Positions 18,044 to 20,000 of a stretch of DNA of 20,000 nt are shown here, one piece after another. The stretch comes from an uncultured Ignavibacteriales bacterium. Its GTDB lineage: Bacteria > Zixibacteria > MSB-5A5 > GN15 > JAAZOE01. Below the pieces are notes generated by a model, which saw only the letters and a program-made list of their open reading frames with translations, did no database searches and was not told the origin of the DNA. A program made the translations under genes and the position numbers. How positions within the stretch are numbered: position 1 is the stretch's first letter; each line of letters opens with the position of its first letter. The stretch spans positions 45,207 through 65,206 of the forward strand of contig CAZSYD010000010.1 in NCBI GenBank assembly GCA_964611355.1, read 5' to 3'.

Positions 18044-19246
18044 ATGCAGTTAACCAACTACAAAATAATCCTCGGTATCACCGGCGGTATCGCGGCCTAT
18101 AAGTCGGCCTATCTGGCGAGATTGTTAGTCAAAGCAGGGGCCGAAGTGCGGGTCGTTATGACCGAGGCGGCCGTCAAGTTTATTACTCCTCTGACCTTTG
18201 AATCGCTGACCAATCGCGAAGTAGCCGTAGAAATGTTTCCGGAGGGCAGATTCGTCAGCGCCCGTCATATTGCCCTGGCCGAATGGCCCGACCTTATAGT
18301 CGTCGCCCCGGCCACGGCCGATTTTATCGCTCAGGTAGCCAATGGGCGCTGTTCCTCGTTACTATCAGCGGTGCTGTGCGCTACTAAAAGAAAAGTAATC
18401 ATGGCGCCGTCGATGAACGAAGGAATGTATGCCAACCCGGCCGTCCAGAGAAATATTTCCACACTGCGAGAATTCGGGTATTGCCTGGCTGAAGTTGGCG
18501 TGGGAGATATGGCCTGCGGTAGTTTTGGCCCCGGTCGTATGGCCGAACCGGAAGAGATATTTGAACTGGTGACCAAAGAGCTCAGAAGTGAAGGGTCTCT
18601 AAACGGGGAAAAGATCATAGTAACCGCCGGGCCATGCCGCGAAGCGATTGATCCGGTTCGTTTTATTTCCAATCGTTCCTCCGGCAAAATGGGCTTTGCC
18701 ATAGCTTCCGAAGCCGAAAAGCTCGGAGGCGAAGTAACTCTTATTGCCGGGCCGGTCTCCTTGCCGGATCCGAGAGGCGTGAGGGTTATCAGTGTTGAGA
18801 CCACCGAGCAGATGGCTGACGCAGTGAAACAGGAATTCGGCTCTGCCGATTACCTTATCATGGCCGCCGCTCCGGCCGATTACAGGCCAAAATCGGTATC
18901 CTCTCAGAAAATAAAAAAATCAGACGGCGAAACGAGTATCACACTGGAGCCGGCGGTTGATATCCTTAAAATGATTTCTTCAATTCGTAAAGAATCCCAG
19001 GTTATAGTCGGTTTCTCGCTTGAAACGGAAAATGAAGTAGAGAATTCGAAAAAGAAGTTGCATGATAAAAAGCTGGATTTTATAGTGGTCAATAATCCTA
19101 CCGAAGAAGGGGCCGGTTTCGATTGCGACACCAATCGTGTGGTTATTGTTTCGAAATCGGGTGAAACGGTAGAACTGGATAAAAACAAAAAAGAGGCGAT
19201 TGCTAAAAAAATCTGGGGGTATATATTATCGCATGGCCGCCAATGA
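18044..19246 (+). CDS. coaBC: Bifunctional phosphopantothenoylcysteine decarboxylase / phosphopantothenate-cysteine ligase
   Basis: [73 protein letters not shown]. Start moved to ATG 18044, just past the DUF494 stop. Confidence 0.96.
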   Translation: MQLTNYKIILGITGGIAAYKSAYLARLLVKAGAEVRVVMTEAAVKFITPLTFESLTNREVAVEMFPEGRFVSARHIALAEWPDLIVVAPATADFIAQVANGRCSSLLSAVLCATKRKVIMAPSMNEGMYANPAVQRNISTLREFGYCLAEVGVGDMACGSFGPGRMAEPEEIFELVTKELRSEGSLNGEKIIVTAGPCREAIDPVRFISNRSSGKMGFAIASEAEKLGGEVTLIAGPVSLPDPRGVRVISVETTEQMADAVKQEFGSADYLIMAAAPADYRPKSVSSQKIKKSDGETSITLEPAVDILKMISSIRKESQVIVGFSLETENEVENSKKKLHDKKLDFIVVNNPTEEGAGFDCDTNRVVIVSKSGETVELDKNKKEAIAKKIWGYILSHGRQ

Positions 19247-20000
19247 CGAATTAAGCGAAATCTATCATCTTGCCCGGCGGGCGCTGGAATGCCAGGAGCA
19301 ATTGGGGCATAAGGAAATTATATTTGAAGCCGGGCATAAATCCGGCGCGGGCCCGGAATCCGGCGTTCAGGCATCGTCTGCCGACGTGCAATCTTCGTCT
19401 TATAATCAGATGTCGCTTTTGAACGAGGAACCCTCCGGCCCGGGCGAGCCGGAATATAACAGCCTCGAAGAACACCGAGCGGCGATTTGTAATTGCACTA
19501 AATGCTCTTTAAGTCAAACCAGGACCAAATTCGTTTACGGGGCCGGTAGTTCGCGGGCAAAGATAGTGTTTATCGGCGAAGCTCCGGGACGCGAGGAAGA
19601 CCTTCAAGGGGAACCTTTTGTCGGCCGGGCCGGGAAACTGCTCGATAATATTCTGGCGGCCATCAAGTTTACCCGCCGGGATGTATATATCGGCAACATA
19701 TTAAAATGCCGCCCGCCGGAAAACCGCGACCCGCAACCCGAAGAAATACGGGCATGCATGCCGCACCTGATAGAACAGATACGCATTATCAAGCCGCTGA
19801 TTATTTGTGCCCTTGGGCGAATAGCCGCGCACTGTCTTCTGGATACGACTACGCCGTTGGGAAAATTGAGAGGCACGTGGCACAGCTTCCAGGGAATTCC
19901 GCTGATCGTAACTTATCATCCTGCGGCGCTGCTTCGATTCCAGCAATATAAAAGACCGACTTGGGAAGATATGCAGGAAATGAAGGCCAGGTATGAAAAG
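19233..20000 (+). CDS. Uracil-DNA glycosylase family 4 ([4Fe-4S] type); 3' partial
   Basis: Translated by hand from ATG 19233 (14-nt overlap with coaBC): [23 protein letters not shown]...ICNCTKCSLSQTRTKFVYGAG...VFIGEAPGREEDLQGEPFVGRAGKLL...NILKCRPPENRDP...IRAC...TYHPAALLR...WEDMQEM. No stop before the window end, which is why the ORF track lacks it. Confidence 0.93.
   Translation, partial: MAANDELSEIYHLARRALECQEQLGHKEIIFEAGHKSGAGPESGVQASSADVQSSSYNQMSLLNEEPSGPGEPEYNSLEEHRAAICNCTKCSLSQTRTKFVYGAGSSRAKIVFIGEAPGREEDLQGEPFVGRAGKLLDNILAAIKFTRRDVYIGNILKCRPPENRDPQPEEIRACMPHLIEQIRIIKPLIICALGRIAAHCLLDTTTPLGKLRGTWHSFQGIPLIVTYHPAALLRFQQYKRPTWEDMQEMKARYEK

Noticed and set aside
12104..19246. TGA stops of gatA, the hydrolase remnant, gatB, purN and coaBC as possible selenocysteine codons
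   Set aside because: Each falls at the normal family C-terminus and inside an overlap with the next gene; gatB's TGA is followed immediately by TAA; no internal in-frame TGA was seen in any called gene.
1..20000. Mobile elements, CRISPR arrays, prophage or defence systems
   Set aside because: No transposase, integrase or cas motifs, no spaced direct repeats, and no obvious compositional break seen by eye.

Overview
A gene-dense, roughly 50% GC bacterial chromosome segment with 16 CDS/pseudogene calls, all on the + strand and mostly overlapping or closely spaced. Order: 3' half of a SprA/Sov-like T9SS outer-membrane translocon (runs off the left edge); an M28-family, glutaminyl-cyclase-like probable lipoprotein; selA; selB; a YtcJ-like amidohydrolase; glnA (GSI-alpha type); gatA; an internally deleted alpha/beta-hydrolase remnant; an unknown membrane protein; gatB; purN; purC; purH; DUF494/Smg; coaBC; and a family-4 uracil-DNA glycosylase (absent from the ORF track, runs off the right edge). 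I saw no tRNA, rRNA, CRISPR array, IS element or in-frame Sec (TGA) gene. SprA together with canonical sigma70-type promoters and SD sites suggests a non-Bacteroidota FCB-group organism (inference). The window is mainly housekeeping. Points worth checking are the sprA/glutaminyl-cyclase adjacency, an apparently leaderless QC-selA-selB-amidohydrolase operon, a glnA-gatA-X-Y-gatB-pur cluster lacking gatC, and an in-frame hollowed-out hydrolase between gatA and gatB.
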